From: Eledone cirrhosa
Lineage: Eukaryota
Assembly: GCA_964016885.1 (NCBI GenBank)
Contig: OZ024740.1
Location: forward strand, 388,740,001 to 388,804,000
Direction: 5' to 3'
DNA length: 64,000 nt
Shown here piece by piece: positions 51,438 to 64,000 of the stretch. Each line of letters opens with the position of its first letter. The stretch's first letter is position 1. The notes below the pieces were generated by a model. That model was not told the DNA's origin, made no database searches, and worked only from the letters and a program-made list of their open reading frames with translations. A program made the translations under genes and the position numbers.

Positions 51438-54400
51438 GATTTCTTTATTTGCCACAAGGGCGCACACGAAAAGGGGACAATACACACACATGCCGGGGAT
51501 TTTACATACAGTCGTGTAAAAAATATAAACAAACCAATTATAACAATCGAAATCCCCAATAGGGGGGAAGCGCCACAAATGGGTTGTTTAATACCCCGTC
51601 GATAGAACAACCCTCGAGTTCGGGTACGTGTTGTGCTCGTGCTCCTTTCTTCCTTTTGCTTTCTTCTTTAACCTACAGGCTTATAAACAGAGAAGGCCCA
51701 ATTACTCGGGCCATTTTTTCCACATTGACCCACCTTTCAGTAAATTTACTGGGGTGCAGTGCCTCTCTCTCTACTATGATTCTCCTTCTAAAGTGATACC
51801 TAAAGAAGGGAATCAATTGTTGTCCAGAGAGAAAGGCATCTGTCCTCAGTCCTCTCAATCTCGTCCACCATATAACCTCTTTCACTATAGCCACTGTACA
51901 GAGGAAAACCGCCTCTCTTTCGTTTTTGAAAGAGTCTGGCGATTTGATCCTTACTATGGACTCCGCAGTCAACTGGATTTGTCCCATACACTACAGCAGT
52001 TGTTCTGCATAGTTCCACAGGTCGGTTACGCCCGGGCAGTGTACAATTGCGTGCAGGACGGTTTCAATGTCCTGCGCGCATCTTGGACACGTCTTCTTGG
52101 AAGGATCCCTGCCGGGGCGTCCGTGCCTGTAGATCTTGTCACGAACTGGTAGAGCTCCTCGGTAGCACGGCCAGGCCAGGGACCTCTGGAAGTTGTCCAT
52201 AGTTCCCGATCGGAAAGTCCTACCAAACAGACTGGTGAGCTCATCGTCTTAGACGCCCAGAGTCTCTCCGAGCAAGTCGTCGCCCTTGTAGAAGGCAATC
52301 CCTCTATAGAATGTCGAAGTGGAGTCTCCACTGATTGCTGTGCCCGCTTGCCAGAGGACTGTGACAGCTTGAGCGCATTCAGTGTACCAGGCGCCCATCG
52401 TCATCGGTCTTTTCTTGACCCAGGACTGCAACTCCGTCAGCGAGACGAGCTGCGGGAAAGCCTGTCTCACAAACGGTGCCCACACCGGTTCCGGGTCGGT
52501 GAGGAATACGTGGAGATGCCGCAGCCTCAGCGCATGTTTGCGCATCATCAGCCACGGCATTCCCAGCCCTCCGTTGGAAGGGTGCTGACAGCAGACGGAT
52601 CTCCTCACCAGCGGAGCCTGCTTCTTCCAAGAAACGGGAAGAGCATGCGTTCCATCTTGGCGAGGTGTTCACGGGGACAAGGCACCAAAGTCAAGCGGTA
52701 GTAGATGACGGACGCTATGAAAGTGTTCTCCACCTCCGCTCGACCTCTCAAGGACGGTTTGCACTCTGCCCACTTCTGGGTGAGCGCAAACACCTTGGCC
52801 GTGACCTCGTTCCAGTTTTTCTCCATCTAGAGGTCTGGACCGAACCAGACCCCGAGCAATTTCAACGGCCCGTCCGTCCAGCGTCCAACGACGCTGTCAG
52901 ACGTTATCGGTTTGCCTCTCCACGTACCGAGTTGCAAACCGACAGACTTGTCCGGGTTTAGTTTTTCTCCCGTCAGCTTTTCGTATTCTTTCAGTAAGTT
53001 GCCGATCACCCCAATTTCCGTCGTCGGCATAAGCCGACGCCGCTTTGCGCAGTCCCGGTTCTAGAGGGGGATGCCCTGCAACAGCTCCAATTTCCGCAGT
53101 AGTGGCTCTAGAGTCAATACATACAGAATGGAGGGGAGAGGGCACCCCTGTCGAATGGAACGCGTGATTGCGAACGGCTCCGATAGGTAGCCGTTCAGCT
53201 TGACCCTCGAGCAGATGCTCGTGTGCATCGCCTCGATCCAGCCTCTGAAAACGGGACCGAAACCGGCCGCCTTGAGAACCGCTTCCAAGTATCGATGGTC
53301 GACCCCATCGAATGCCTTAGACTGATCCAAATTGATCAGAGCCCCACCGAAGCCGGGTTTACTACCCACCCTCTCTATGATGTATCGCATGAGGTGGAGG
53401 TTGTCGTGTATGGACCTGGTCGGGATTGCACACGTTTGAGCTTTCCCTACCAGGTTCTCGACGACAAGCGCCAACCTCGTCGCTAGCACCTTGGCCAAAA
53501 TCTTTAACTCTATGTTGAGCAGAATTATGGGCCTGAAGGTGTTAATTTCGTCACTCTTGTTCTCGTCTTTCCTGATCAGCGTTACTACGCCCTTGCCTGC
53601 AGAACTGGGAATTCTCCCGTTCTGCTGCCAATTGCAGTAGACGGCTTCGAGGACTCCAGAGAACAAGTCTGGCATGCCTATGTAAAACTCATAGGGTAGA
53701 CCGTGTGACTTGCATTTCCCGAAGCGGCCCAGAGCGTCCCGTATTTCAGAATCCGTGATAGGTCTTTCGCAGAACTCGGCGTCCGTGTTCGAGAGACGCG
53801 GCAGGCCGTCGATGTATGATCTAAAGTCCATTGCCCCGTTCGGCTCACCGTCGTTCTGCTCAAACAGTCGCGCAAAGTGGTGCTGAAAGGCCGCGCACAT
53901 TTGCTTGGGGTCAAGTAGCACGTGTCCGTTTTGGTCTTTCAAAGACCGAATTGTGGACTTGTTGCCACTTTTTGCCTCCGCTACTCGGGCCCAGCTGACA
54001 GCTTTCGCTCCTTCGTTTCCTAGAGCACGTGTTTTGCTTCTGACCACGCAGCCTTCGTGTTTCGTATCGAAGAACTGGTCCAGTGCCGTTCTCGACGCTA
54101 ACACTCTAGCTGCGTTTCCACTTCTAAATGCCTCCTCTACCTTGGCTACTAGTTCTCTTTCTATTTTGTTTTTCTCTAAGGCTAACTCTTTGCTAAACCC
54201 TATCGATTCTACTCTAATTGCTTTCTTGAGAGAGTACCACCATTTATTGTTGACGATGGCTCCCGTTAACTGTTGCTTGACTAGTCTACTTATCCGTTCA
54301 CTGTAAGCTTTGCGTGCCGGCAACGACACGTTCAGCTTCCAGTAACCGGGTCCCTGTCTATGTGTTCTATCACGGTTGACTACGCAGATGACTAATTTGT

Positions 54401-54590
54401 GATCTGAATAGGCAACCATGTGCATTCGTGGACAGCTTAACATCTCCTTGTCCCTTTCTCTAATGAAGAACCTATCTAGATGTCCCGCTGCGGTTTGCCC
54501 ACGTCCACTGTGGTGCAGTCGGGAAATCCAGTCGATACCTATCGGCCAGTTGGAATTGGCCGATTACAGTTTTGAGGCTGTTGCACCCCG
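51438..54590 (-). mobile_element. 5'-truncated Tx1-clade LINE, subfamily 2, flanked by GATA repeats
   Basis: SDH, GPGYWKLN, FRPIILLN, DQSKAFD, RQGCPL, AYADD, CPRC; homologous to the 36-42 kb element. Confidence 0.95.
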
Positions 54591-55490
54591 GATAGATAGA
54601 TAGTTAGGTATTTATGTTCGTGTGAATACGTATATGTTTGTGTATTATACATATTATTATACATAGTCTATGTTTGCACGTATATATTTATATATGTAAT
54701 GTATATAAATGTGTTTCTAGAAAATGTTTTGCGAAGTATTTTATATCAGCATTCTTAGCTTTTTCTCCTATCTGAACAACAGAGAAATAAAACTATTCAT
54801 GGGAGGAATAAGTTTCTAACACATGAACCATTATTTTCTCATTTGTTATATATCGTGAAAATCCTAACAAGCGAGATATAATTTTCGTTTGTATTCTTTC
54901 ATGAGATTGTATGGTGGTAACCTTTTAAAACTATTATGATTGATTTCTATATAAATTGCAGTAACTTTCTCAAAACCCTAAGCTTCTTATGAAAAAGATT
55001 AGTGAATTTTTGTTTGATTTCTATCCTATAAACTATATAGTACATATCACATAAATATGCGTATATTTAGATTCAGATTGGAAATATAGAAAACATAAAA
55101 ATCATAATGATAATAATATCATATTGAAATGATGAAGTACACAATTCTGACAGCGATAAAATACTTTACACACAAAACGTACGGAAATAGCCTGGCTACG
55201 CTTTGCAGATGTATTCCTATATACGTGTGTATTCCTATATACGTGTGTATTCCTAAATACAAGCAATTAAATATATAAATAATAAATTTTAAGAAAGAAG
55301 TGGTAGTTAAGGGATTTAAAATGATGCTACTGAAACTGAAATAATGATTTATTTTTAAGGATAAAAGTGCCCATGGCATTGGGAATCATATAAGAACAAA
55401 ACAACACAGTGTGAATTTAGATCGTTAATGGAAAGGGGACATCACTAAAGAGAAAACAGTAAAATCCACAATAATATATATATATATATA

Positions 55491-55772
55491 TAGTAATAAT
55501 AATAAATTAGAAGACTAAATCCAAAGAGGGCTCGATAAGGATAAATATATATCAAATATATAAGAACCTTAGAGCAAATATTTATTAAAATAACATATAT
55601 AACGAAGGAAGTGTGGTAAGGAACCAAATGCACCATAACGCACCAGAGTACGCAATACTCAGGGTAGTAGAGTGGGTAATAGGAAAATGTTTAATCCCGA
55701 CGGCAGAGATCAAGCTATTTCTGGATAGAAATAGCCGTCGAAACGGCTTGAGCTCTGCCGTCAGGGTTAAAC
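55491..55772. mobile_element. Naiad pLTR fragment (55491-55595) followed by a family A fold-back (55600-55772)
   Basis: Matches 56045-56148 and 28428-28636 respectively. Confidence 0.8.
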
Positions 55773-55857
55773 ATTTATATATATATATAAATGTACTGCA
55801 AAATACACTAAATATATTGCAAAATACACTATATATACATTCATATATTATTATTAT

Positions 55858-55901
<44 letters not shown>

Positions 55902-55950
55902 GAAATGGCTTCTACAGAACTAGAACTGTTTCATTCGGGAGAAATCATCA

Positions 55951-56021
<71 letters not shown>

Positions 56022-56417
56022 CACACACACACATATATATATATAGTAATAATAATAAATTTGAAGACTAAAATCCAAAGAGGGCTCGATAAGGATAAAT
56101 ATATATCAAATATATAAGAACTGTAGAGCAAATATTTATTAAAATAACAGATTAAAGTTTAAGCAAAGAATCGCTGCGTTCACCCTTAACGGGATCTTCT
56201 GAAACTAACAAAGTTAATCTGTAAACGCAGAAGTGGTGAAAGCAGCGATTCTTTGCTTAAACTTTAATCTGTTATTTTAATAAATATTTGCTCTACGGTT
56301 CTTATATATTTGATATATATTTATCCTTATCGAGCCCTCTTTGGATTTTAGTCTTCAAATTTATTATTATTACTATTTGGCTCCCTCGGTTGAGCACTCT
56401 ATTGACTTATATTCATC

Positions 56418-58541
56418 ATGCAGAAACAAGATCTGAATATTTCTACAAAGAACATACCCGTACCAAGCAGGAAAACATACCTAAAACTCCTGATACAGAA
56501 AACAGACGCGTTCATTAAAAGGTTACGTTGGCGTGCCTTTTATTTCGATAATCCGCGAAAAGCAGACAACAAACAGGATAAATTTGGGTTTAAAACCTAT
56601 AATAACCCCCCGTGTAACCCAGCATTGCTACCCTTCGAAAATGATGTCTTGGAACTCATACGGAGTATCAAATTTCGGAATAGGAGCAATTCCTTCCAGC
56701 AGGACCTGAAGGATAGAATTCGTTCTATTAAGGATTCTAATACCGTGCACGTCCATTCCGACAAAACTGGCAACCTACATCAAGTGGAGCGCAGTACTTA
56801 CCATCAACTACTACATAATGCTGTAACTAAGGATTACCGTAAAACTAATCGGTGCGTCATCAATGAAATCAACGATGCTGGGTTTAAAATCACATCTGAT
56901 CTCAACATCCTGAACCGGACCGAAACTCTGGACTCTATTTCTCCCCACTTTACCCTGAAGGATCACAAGTCCAATTTTCCGAACAACCCCTCTATTCGGC
57001 TTATTAACCCTACGAAGTCCGATTTAGGTAGACTTAGTAAAACGATTCTTGATAGAATTATACCTGAAATTAGAAGTTTGGCCCCTCTTGCACTGTGGAA
57101 CAATTCTTTCGCGGTGATTGATTGGTTCAACGGCATATGTAACAAGGAACATTGCCGTTTTATCCAATTCGACATCAACAATTGCTACTCCTCCATCACT
57201 TTACCACATGTCCTTAGAGCTATCAATTTCGCTAAAACACTCACAGTGGTTAAGGATTTCGAAGTTGATGTCATCCTCAATGTCCGTAAGTCGGTGATTA
57301 ATTTCGACGACTCTATTTGGATTAAAAAATCCAATAGTACCCCATTCGACGTCAGTATGGGCGCCAACGATTCTGCGGAGGTTACTGATCTTATCGGCCT
57401 TTTCCTTCTTTTCTCTATCAAGGACGAATTCCCCAACGCGGGCGGTGGTTTGTACCGTGATGATGGTCTTTTGACCATGACTAAGTGCGGACCTCGTGCT
57501 TACGACAGGTTCAGAAAAGAACTCACAGCCTTCTTTAAAGGCTTCAACCTCTCTATACAGGTTGAGGCCAATCTCTCAGTCGTTAATTACCTCGATGTTA
57601 CCCTCAATTTATTGAATGGGTTGTATTACCCGTATAGAAAGCCGAATGATACGCTAATTACATAAGTAAGCATTCCAACCATCCTGCCAGCATAACCAAG
57701 AACCTGGCAAGAAACGTTTCGTCGAGGCTTTCCCGTCTATCTACTAACGAGCATATTTTCAACGACCATTCCACTTATGAAGCTCTTGCTCGGAGTGGAT
57801 TTGTCGATAAGGTAGCATATACAGAGTACGAAAATAGACCTAGAAGAAATAGATCCCGTCGCATTTGTTGGTATAACCCACCATATAATATGGAAGTGGC
57901 CATACCATTAGCTAAGATCTTTCTTTACCTTATTACGAAGCATTTTCCCCCTACACATAAATATAGTAAACATTTTTAATAGAAATACTATTAAAATTTC
58001 TTACTCTACGACTCCTAACCTTGCACATAACATCACAACTTCAAATTTAGCTAAACTACCTAGCCGTAGGAACACGTGCAACCCTGTAGTTAGTACTAAC
58101 TGTAATTGTAGGAATCGGGTTGATTGCCCCCTATCCGGGAAATGCCTCTCTAGTAACATTGTCTACAAATGTAAGGTTGAAACACCCACGTCCCGTAGGG
58201 CCTACATAGGGTTAACCGCCAATAGATTCAAGCAGCGTATTTACATGTATACCCATTCTTTTCGTTACTCTCTAAGAAGGAATGTGACGTCACTTTCAGC
58301 TTATATCTGGAGTCTAAAAGACAACCACACCCAATATAAGTTACACTGGGCGATCCTAGCTAGGGCTAGATCGTATAATGGAAATAAAAGACCATGTGAC
58401 CTCTGCGCCGCTGAGGCCCTGGAAATACTCTACGCCACAGACCACATCTTAAACAAAAAATCTGAGGCAATTTCGGCTTGTAAACATAAATTGCACAAAA
58501 CTTTCCTGTATTACAGCCCCACGTTATACCCTAACGGATAG
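56418..58541 (+). pseudogene. PLE RT plus GIY-YIG endonuclease, with frameshifts near 57655 and 57975
   Basis: STKNIP..FIKRLRWRAF, SDKTGN, RLINP.KS, FDI, MGA, YRDDGL, YLDVTL, SNHP, WYNPPY, CNC..CPL.GKC, IVY..YIG, CDLC..E, LNK.SE. Confidence 0.92.
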
Positions 58542-58944
58542 TACGATCTATACGTGGATATTTTACGTCTTGATGTGGTAGCTAAGTATATGTTTTGTTT
58601 ATACCATTACTTATTTGCATAGGTAAGTATTTATTACCTGTATGTTTTGTGAAGGTACGTATACCTTCTCGTACGTATATTTGATTGTATATGTTATGGC
58701 GTATAATTTTATATATTCTGGTACATATGGTTTGGTTATGTGTATACGGGAGTTTTGCGTCTGTGTGAGTATGCAGGTTCGTACGTATGTAGGGTGTGTG
58801 TATATGTGTACTTCATGTTTTGGTTGACGTAGTCTCCGAACATTTGTGTATTTACATGTAGGTATGTGCGTGCGCTTGTAATATACGTATTTTTTTTATT
58901 TATATACGTTTATTTAATTATTTATTTATTTGTACACAAGCATA

Positions 58945-59115
58945 CACACACACACACATATTTATATGTGCGTGGTTTTGTATACCTATGGTAAGGTTTT
59001 GCGTATGCTTGTGTATGTACGTATTTTTTCGCGTGTAAGTATTTATTTATTTCTATTACTTCTGTATTGAATTTATTTACTTTGTTCTTAACTCTGTAGC
59101 GGAGATTCATTTGGT

Positions 59116-59192
<77 letters not shown>

Positions 59193-59625
59193 TTATATGT
59201 GCGTGGTTTGGTATACCTATGGCAAGTGTTTTCGCGTATGCTTGTGTATGTACGTATTTGCATGCGTGTATGTATTTATTTAACTTCTCTTACCTCTGTA
59301 TTGTATTTTATTTACTTTATTCTTAACTCTGAAGCGGAGATTCATTTGGTCTCCTAGTTATAATTTTATTCTACGACTTTAGCTATACCATTTACGTGGT
59401 TTTGTCTTTGCGTGCAATTGTTCTCCACGCTCCACATATGACGTATTATCATCGTTTTTTCCGTTCATTGCCAGAGAACGTCTCTATGAACCACCTAAGA
59501 GAACATTAGTCTACAACTTCTTTTATACCATAAACGTGGTTCTGTCTTTGCGTATAATTGTTTTTCATTAATGACGTAATATATTCGTTTTGTCCCGTTC
59601 TTTGCCAGGGAACGTTCCACGAACC
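58945..59625. repeat. Two tandem duplications in the PLE 3' UTR (about 175 bp around (CA)n, and about 120 bp)
   Basis: 58957-59118 resembles 59188-59352; 59387-59500 resembles 59527-59625. Confidence 0.8.
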
Positions 59626-59704
59626 AAAGTATCGTCTTCATGTCTTCCTCCGGTTGCAACGTTTTTTGAAATATCCACTTCTGCGTTTACAGATTGACTT
59701 TGTT

Positions 59705-59755
59705 AATTTCAGAAGATCCCGTTAAGTATGAAAGCAGAGATTATTTGCTTAAACT
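59705..59755 (+). ncRNA. Naiad 3' pLTR hammerhead-like motif (CAGAAGA core, decayed stem II)
   Basis: AATTT-CAGAAGA-TCCCGTTAAGTAT-GAAAGCAG..TTGCTT-AAACT. Confidence 0.55.
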
Positions 59756-60922
59756 TTAACTTTAATCTGTTATTTTAATAAATATATATATATATATATA
59801 CTTCGTTTTTTAATTTATTTTGCAACATTTCTTATCTGAAAACGTGTGTTGAAATAGATATTGTTATACTTTGGGAGGGTCATGCTGCTGATAAAAATAC
59901 ACACACCTGTTGGTTTCACTTCAATTTATTATAAATTTGCGCTTGGTTGATTGGTTGTTTCGAAAACCGGATGGTTGTTTATATATTGTCAAAGCTCTCT
60001 CGTCACAGAATATAATAGAAAACAATAATAAATGTCAACAAAACTAGTTCCCCTACAGTGGTGGACTGCATTTTAAGATAATTTCAGGGAGAAATCCCAC
60101 ACATAGCCCTGGATTATTCTATTGTCTCACAGTCATTTAACGTGTCCTCTCCCGACTTCTTACCTTCCTTTTCAAGTATCAGTTTACTAGTTTTTTGTTA
60201 GCCATTTTTTATCGTTATATAGATAAAATAACTAGAATCTTTGTTAGCTGATTGTTATTAGTCTACCTGTAGCCTTAAAGAGTTAAACCCATGTTTATTT
60301 TACAAATATGCCTCTCAATCTTTTACAGGGAATATGGCAGACAAAATTATTTTCATCTGAAAACGAGAACAGCCGGCTTTCGACAAAATGGAACATGTGA
60401 AGTTCAGAAAACTGCAGTGGCAACAACAACAGCAACAAAGCACGGGAATTAAGTGAAGAGTACCATATTAATTTCTGGCATTTAAAAACATTGACAAGGT
60501 CGTCACCCCACCCCCACCCCACCAGACGAACAAAGAATAAAACCAAAGCCAACAAAACCAACCACAACTCTAGCACAACACTGCCAGCACCACTACCCCA
60601 CCAACATCACATCAACCACAGCCCCAATGTCCACTACGAAAACAAAAAATATATAATAGAAAAAAAACAACAAAAGTAAGAGTAACACGAGTAACAACGA
60701 TGGCAACACACTGGCAACCCAAATGGCAACAACAAGAACAAAATGAACAACAACAATAAGACATTTGTAGCAACGGCTGCAAAAGCTTCAGGATTGTTAA
60801 TATGGACTCGATCGACAATGAAACTTGATTGGCACGAGCGGTCCTACTTGTCAAATTGGATAAGACTTGGTGCACAAGAATTGGATATTTGCTGGGTCCT
60901 GGACTGCGTGTTCCTCCAAGTG

Positions 60923-61063
60923 AAGGCGCATGGCTTAGTGGTTAGAGCATTGGGCTTGCAATCGAAAGGTTGTGAGTTCAATTCTCGAACCGGGTGATGT
61001 GTTGTTCCCTTGAGCAAGACACTTTATTTCACGTTGCTCCAGTTTACTTAGCTGTAGAAATGA
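60923..61063 (+). mobile_element. SINE family 2 head (tRNA-like part plus CORE-like segment); fragment also at 2062-2103
   Basis: A box TGGCTTAGTGG, B box GAGTTCAATTC, then CCTTGAGCAAGACACTT, which resembles the CORE motif. Confidence 0.8.
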
Positions 61064-61426
61064 GATGATAGGACTGAGGTCCCTATCATTAAATTACCCA
61101 AGACACCTCCAACGAGATATGCCTTGGAGGAGTCCAGCTAAACCTGCATAGGTGTGAGCTGTCACACACAAGTGAAAAGAATCTAGCAGGAAAACTGGTC
61201 TGGAATCAGTGTGGGGGTGTTTATTCACATCAAAGAAGATGCGATCGACCAGATCACAGACGCTATTCGCTTACTGGCTGAAGAACACAATGTAGCATCT
61301 TTCCATAGAATGTTGCAATCAAGGAATTATCAGATTAATTGTTTTTACTACATATTTCCAAAATATAATATAATTTAGCAATCCGATCAATAGAATTTGA
61401 AAATATAAGAACCAGTCTAAAGTAAT

Positions 61427-61643
61427 TGTTTCTACTTTAGGCACAAGGCCAGCAATTTGAAGGGGATGGGGAAAGTTGATTAAATCGACCCCAGTACTCA
61501 CTGGTGCTTTATTTTATCGACCCCATAAGGATAGAAGATGAAGTTAACCACGGTGGGCTTTGAACTAAGAACGTAAAGGGATGTAACTTTATGTCGCGAA
61601 GCATGGTGTCCGACGCTCTACCGATACTGCTAATCCACCACCC
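61427..61643 (-). mobile_element. tRNA-derived SINE family 1, long variant
   Basis: Homologous to 19978-20190. Confidence 0.9.
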
Positions 61644-63080
61644 TTGTAAATAGCCTCAGCTGCAATTAAGCCACGTGCCCTTGCAACGATTCGATCGTCT
61701 GACATAGAATGGTCATGCCATACATAAGTAGGCGACGAAATCCGAACTGCTATGTGCAGCACCACGCGAAGCCGCGGACCAGTCTAAAATAATGGAAACC
61801 ATAAGGCTGACTAAAACACTTGAAAGTATTTTCTCAGCTACTGTCCAGTCTAATGGCTGAAACGAATTAAAAGAGTGGGAGCATATTTGCAGAAATGCAT
61901 TTTCAACGCAAGATGTTCCAAAAAAGGCGGTTCATAATCCGCAACAAATCTCCATTATTTCGAATAATATGAACCATGTTAGAGAAATGTTAGGAGCAAT
62001 AGCACAAAAAATGAACACTAAAATAAGATAACAACTCTTTAATCTAAAATTTCTTTTTTTTTTGGGGGGGGGGGGGGGGGGGATTTTTTTTTTTATATAT
62101 TTGCCTGTTAGAAAATTATAGAAACAAATATATGATACCACAGTCAAAAAGTTTTTCTTTCTATATCATTTAAATAGAAAGTAACTTATAACAAGTAAAT
62201 AAATGTAAAGTAAATTGTATATTTATATGTAGTAGGAACACAACTAATATAAGATTGATTATAACGCACGCACTGGAGAAGAAGAAGAAGAAGAAGAAGA
62301 AGAAGAAGAAGAAGAAGAAGAAGAAGAAGATTAGCAAGCGTTAAGAAAATAAATTTCCGATTTAAGTCCCTAGTCTTTTATAAATTATTTTGTTACGTTC
62401 ATTTCATTTACTTTCATCTTTGTTTTCTTCCTTCCATTTCTGCTGTCATTAAGGGCAATTATGTTTTTCAAAGTGGATATTATATTATGTCCAGTTCGGC
62501 ATAATCACGTTTATAAATATCCGACGTTAGTTAAGAAATGTCGGCAGCAATAGATTTTCATTTTTTATTTTGTTTTATTTTATTTCTTTATTATTTTGTT
62601 GTTTTTTTCTTTTTAATCTTTTAAGCTACATCAATAATTTCTGGTGAAATACTGTCTGCAAGAAAGAGTTAGTCTTATAATGGCATCTTACAGCCGCTTT
62701 TCCTTTTCAGCATACATAAAAGAGAATAGTCTCACATATCTTTTGGGAATTACTTTTGAAGTTGGAAAATCTTCTTGCATCTAAAAGCAGTTTTAAATGA
62801 GCTTTCAATTTCGTGAAGAACGTATTTGCTTCTGACATCACTTCAGTTGTACGGTATAGTTCCGAGTAATTCGAATTAAAATGATTGTCATTTGACTTCA
62901 TTTGTAAAACAAAGATTTCCTGGAGTCTTTCTTGTAACCATAGGTATGGTGCTTTTTCAAAAAATAAAAATAAAAACATTAAAATAGTTTCTTTTACTCT
63001 TGAAAACTCATTAATTTCATAACATTCTTTTCTTTTTTTGAGAGAGAAAGAGTATGTGTGTCTGTGTGAAAGAGAGATAG

Positions 63081-63117
<37 letters not shown>

Positions 63118-64000
63118 TCTTTCTTTATTTGCCAAAAGGGCGTACAAAAAATGGGACATTACAAGACGTGACGGCGGGGGTTTTACATAAAAATAACTTT
63201 AACATTAATAAATAACAATAAATAGGGGAACGTTACTGCAGGGTTGTTTTACACCTCGTGGATAGAACAACCCTCAACACCAGGAACACGTTTTGTAGGT
63301 GTTCCTGACTTCCCTCTGTTTATCTTCCTCAACCTACAGGTTTATATACAGAGAATGCCCACTCACTCGGGCAATTTTCGCCACATTCACCCACCTTTCA
63401 GTGAAATTACTGGGGTGTAGCACCTCTCTCTCCACTCTCACCTTCCTTCTGAAGTGATACTTAAAGAAGGGGATAAGTTGTTGTCCGGAGAGAAAGGTGT
63501 TTACCCTCAGTCCTTTTAACCTCGTCCACCATATTACTTCTTTCGCCATAGCCACCATACAGAGGAAAACCGCCTCACCTTCGTTCTTAAATGAAGGCGG
63601 CGGGGTGATCCTCACGATGGGCTCTGCTGACAACTGGATGCGTCCCACACGTGACAGCAGCTGTTCGACATAATTCCACAGGTCGGTCACCCCTGTGCAC
63701 TGAACAATTGCGTGCAGAACGGTTTCGATGTCCTGCTCGCATCTTGGACAGGTCCTTTTGGCAGGATCTCTGCCAGGACGTCCGTGTTTGTAGATTTTGT
63801 CTCGAACTGGTAGAGCTCCTCGGTGGCACTGCTAGGCCAGAGGCCTCTGGAAGTTATCCATAGGTCCAGGACGGAAAGTCCTCCCGACAGACTGGTCAGT
63901 TCGTCCTCCTCGATCCCTAGAGTTTCCCCAAGAACGTCGTCGCACTTATTCTCCACTAATCCCCTATAGAATGTCGAAGTGGAGTCTCCGCTGATTGGCG
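63118..64000 (-). mobile_element. 3' end of Tx1 subfamily 2, abutting (GATA)n and continuing past the window
   Basis: Similar to 51438-52340 including the 3' UTR; FKYHFRRKVRVERE..FTERW. Confidence 0.92.

Larger units (their letters stand above)
56045..59785 (+). mobile_element. Penelope-like element (Naiad-type): inverted 5' pLTR, partial direct pLTR, ORF, 3' UTR, 3' pLTR
   Basis: 56045-56236 is inverted relative to 56237-56375 and 59675-59785; TA-rich flanks. Confidence 0.9.

Noticed and set aside
56418-59650. Selenoprotein-type Naiad (Sec codons, SECIS)
   Set aside because: Conserved Cys positions read TGT/TGC, breaks are frameshifts rather than in-frame TGA, and no convincing SECIS was seen by eye
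60923-60995. tRNA gene
   Set aside because: Acceptor stem does not close and the sequence runs into a repeated SINE body
62707-62960. Non-repetitive part of the 150-aa minus-strand ORF
   Set aside because: No recognisable domain, weak splice signals, and the ORF start lies in Tx1 3' UTR and microsatellite

Overview
AT-rich, microsatellite-dense eukaryotic DNA, probably from an octopod cephalopod (inferred from the tRNA-derived SINE families). It consists almost entirely of retroelements: a near full-length Tx1/L1-clade LINE and two truncated relatives, several R4/Dong-like RLE LINEs, RTE remnants, a Naiad-type Penelope-like element (PLE), many SINEs and a probable non-autonomous Helitron carrying a minisatellite. 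The only plausible host coding sequence is a minus-strand ORF start running off the left edge. The main hidden signal, found by eye, is about 15 type I hammerhead ribozyme motifs from roughly 9 unrelated PLE/retrozyme-like families, inserted as fold-back cassettes mostly in (TA)n tracts. These include a tandem 443-nt retrozyme-like unit, two recurrent non-canonical cores (CAGAAGA and CUGA-GA), and inversion junctions that often fall in hammerhead stem II. Different element families also appear partitioned among different microsatellites: (AAT)n, (GATA)n, (ACAT)n and (TA)n. All folds and alignments were done manually and need computational confirmation.
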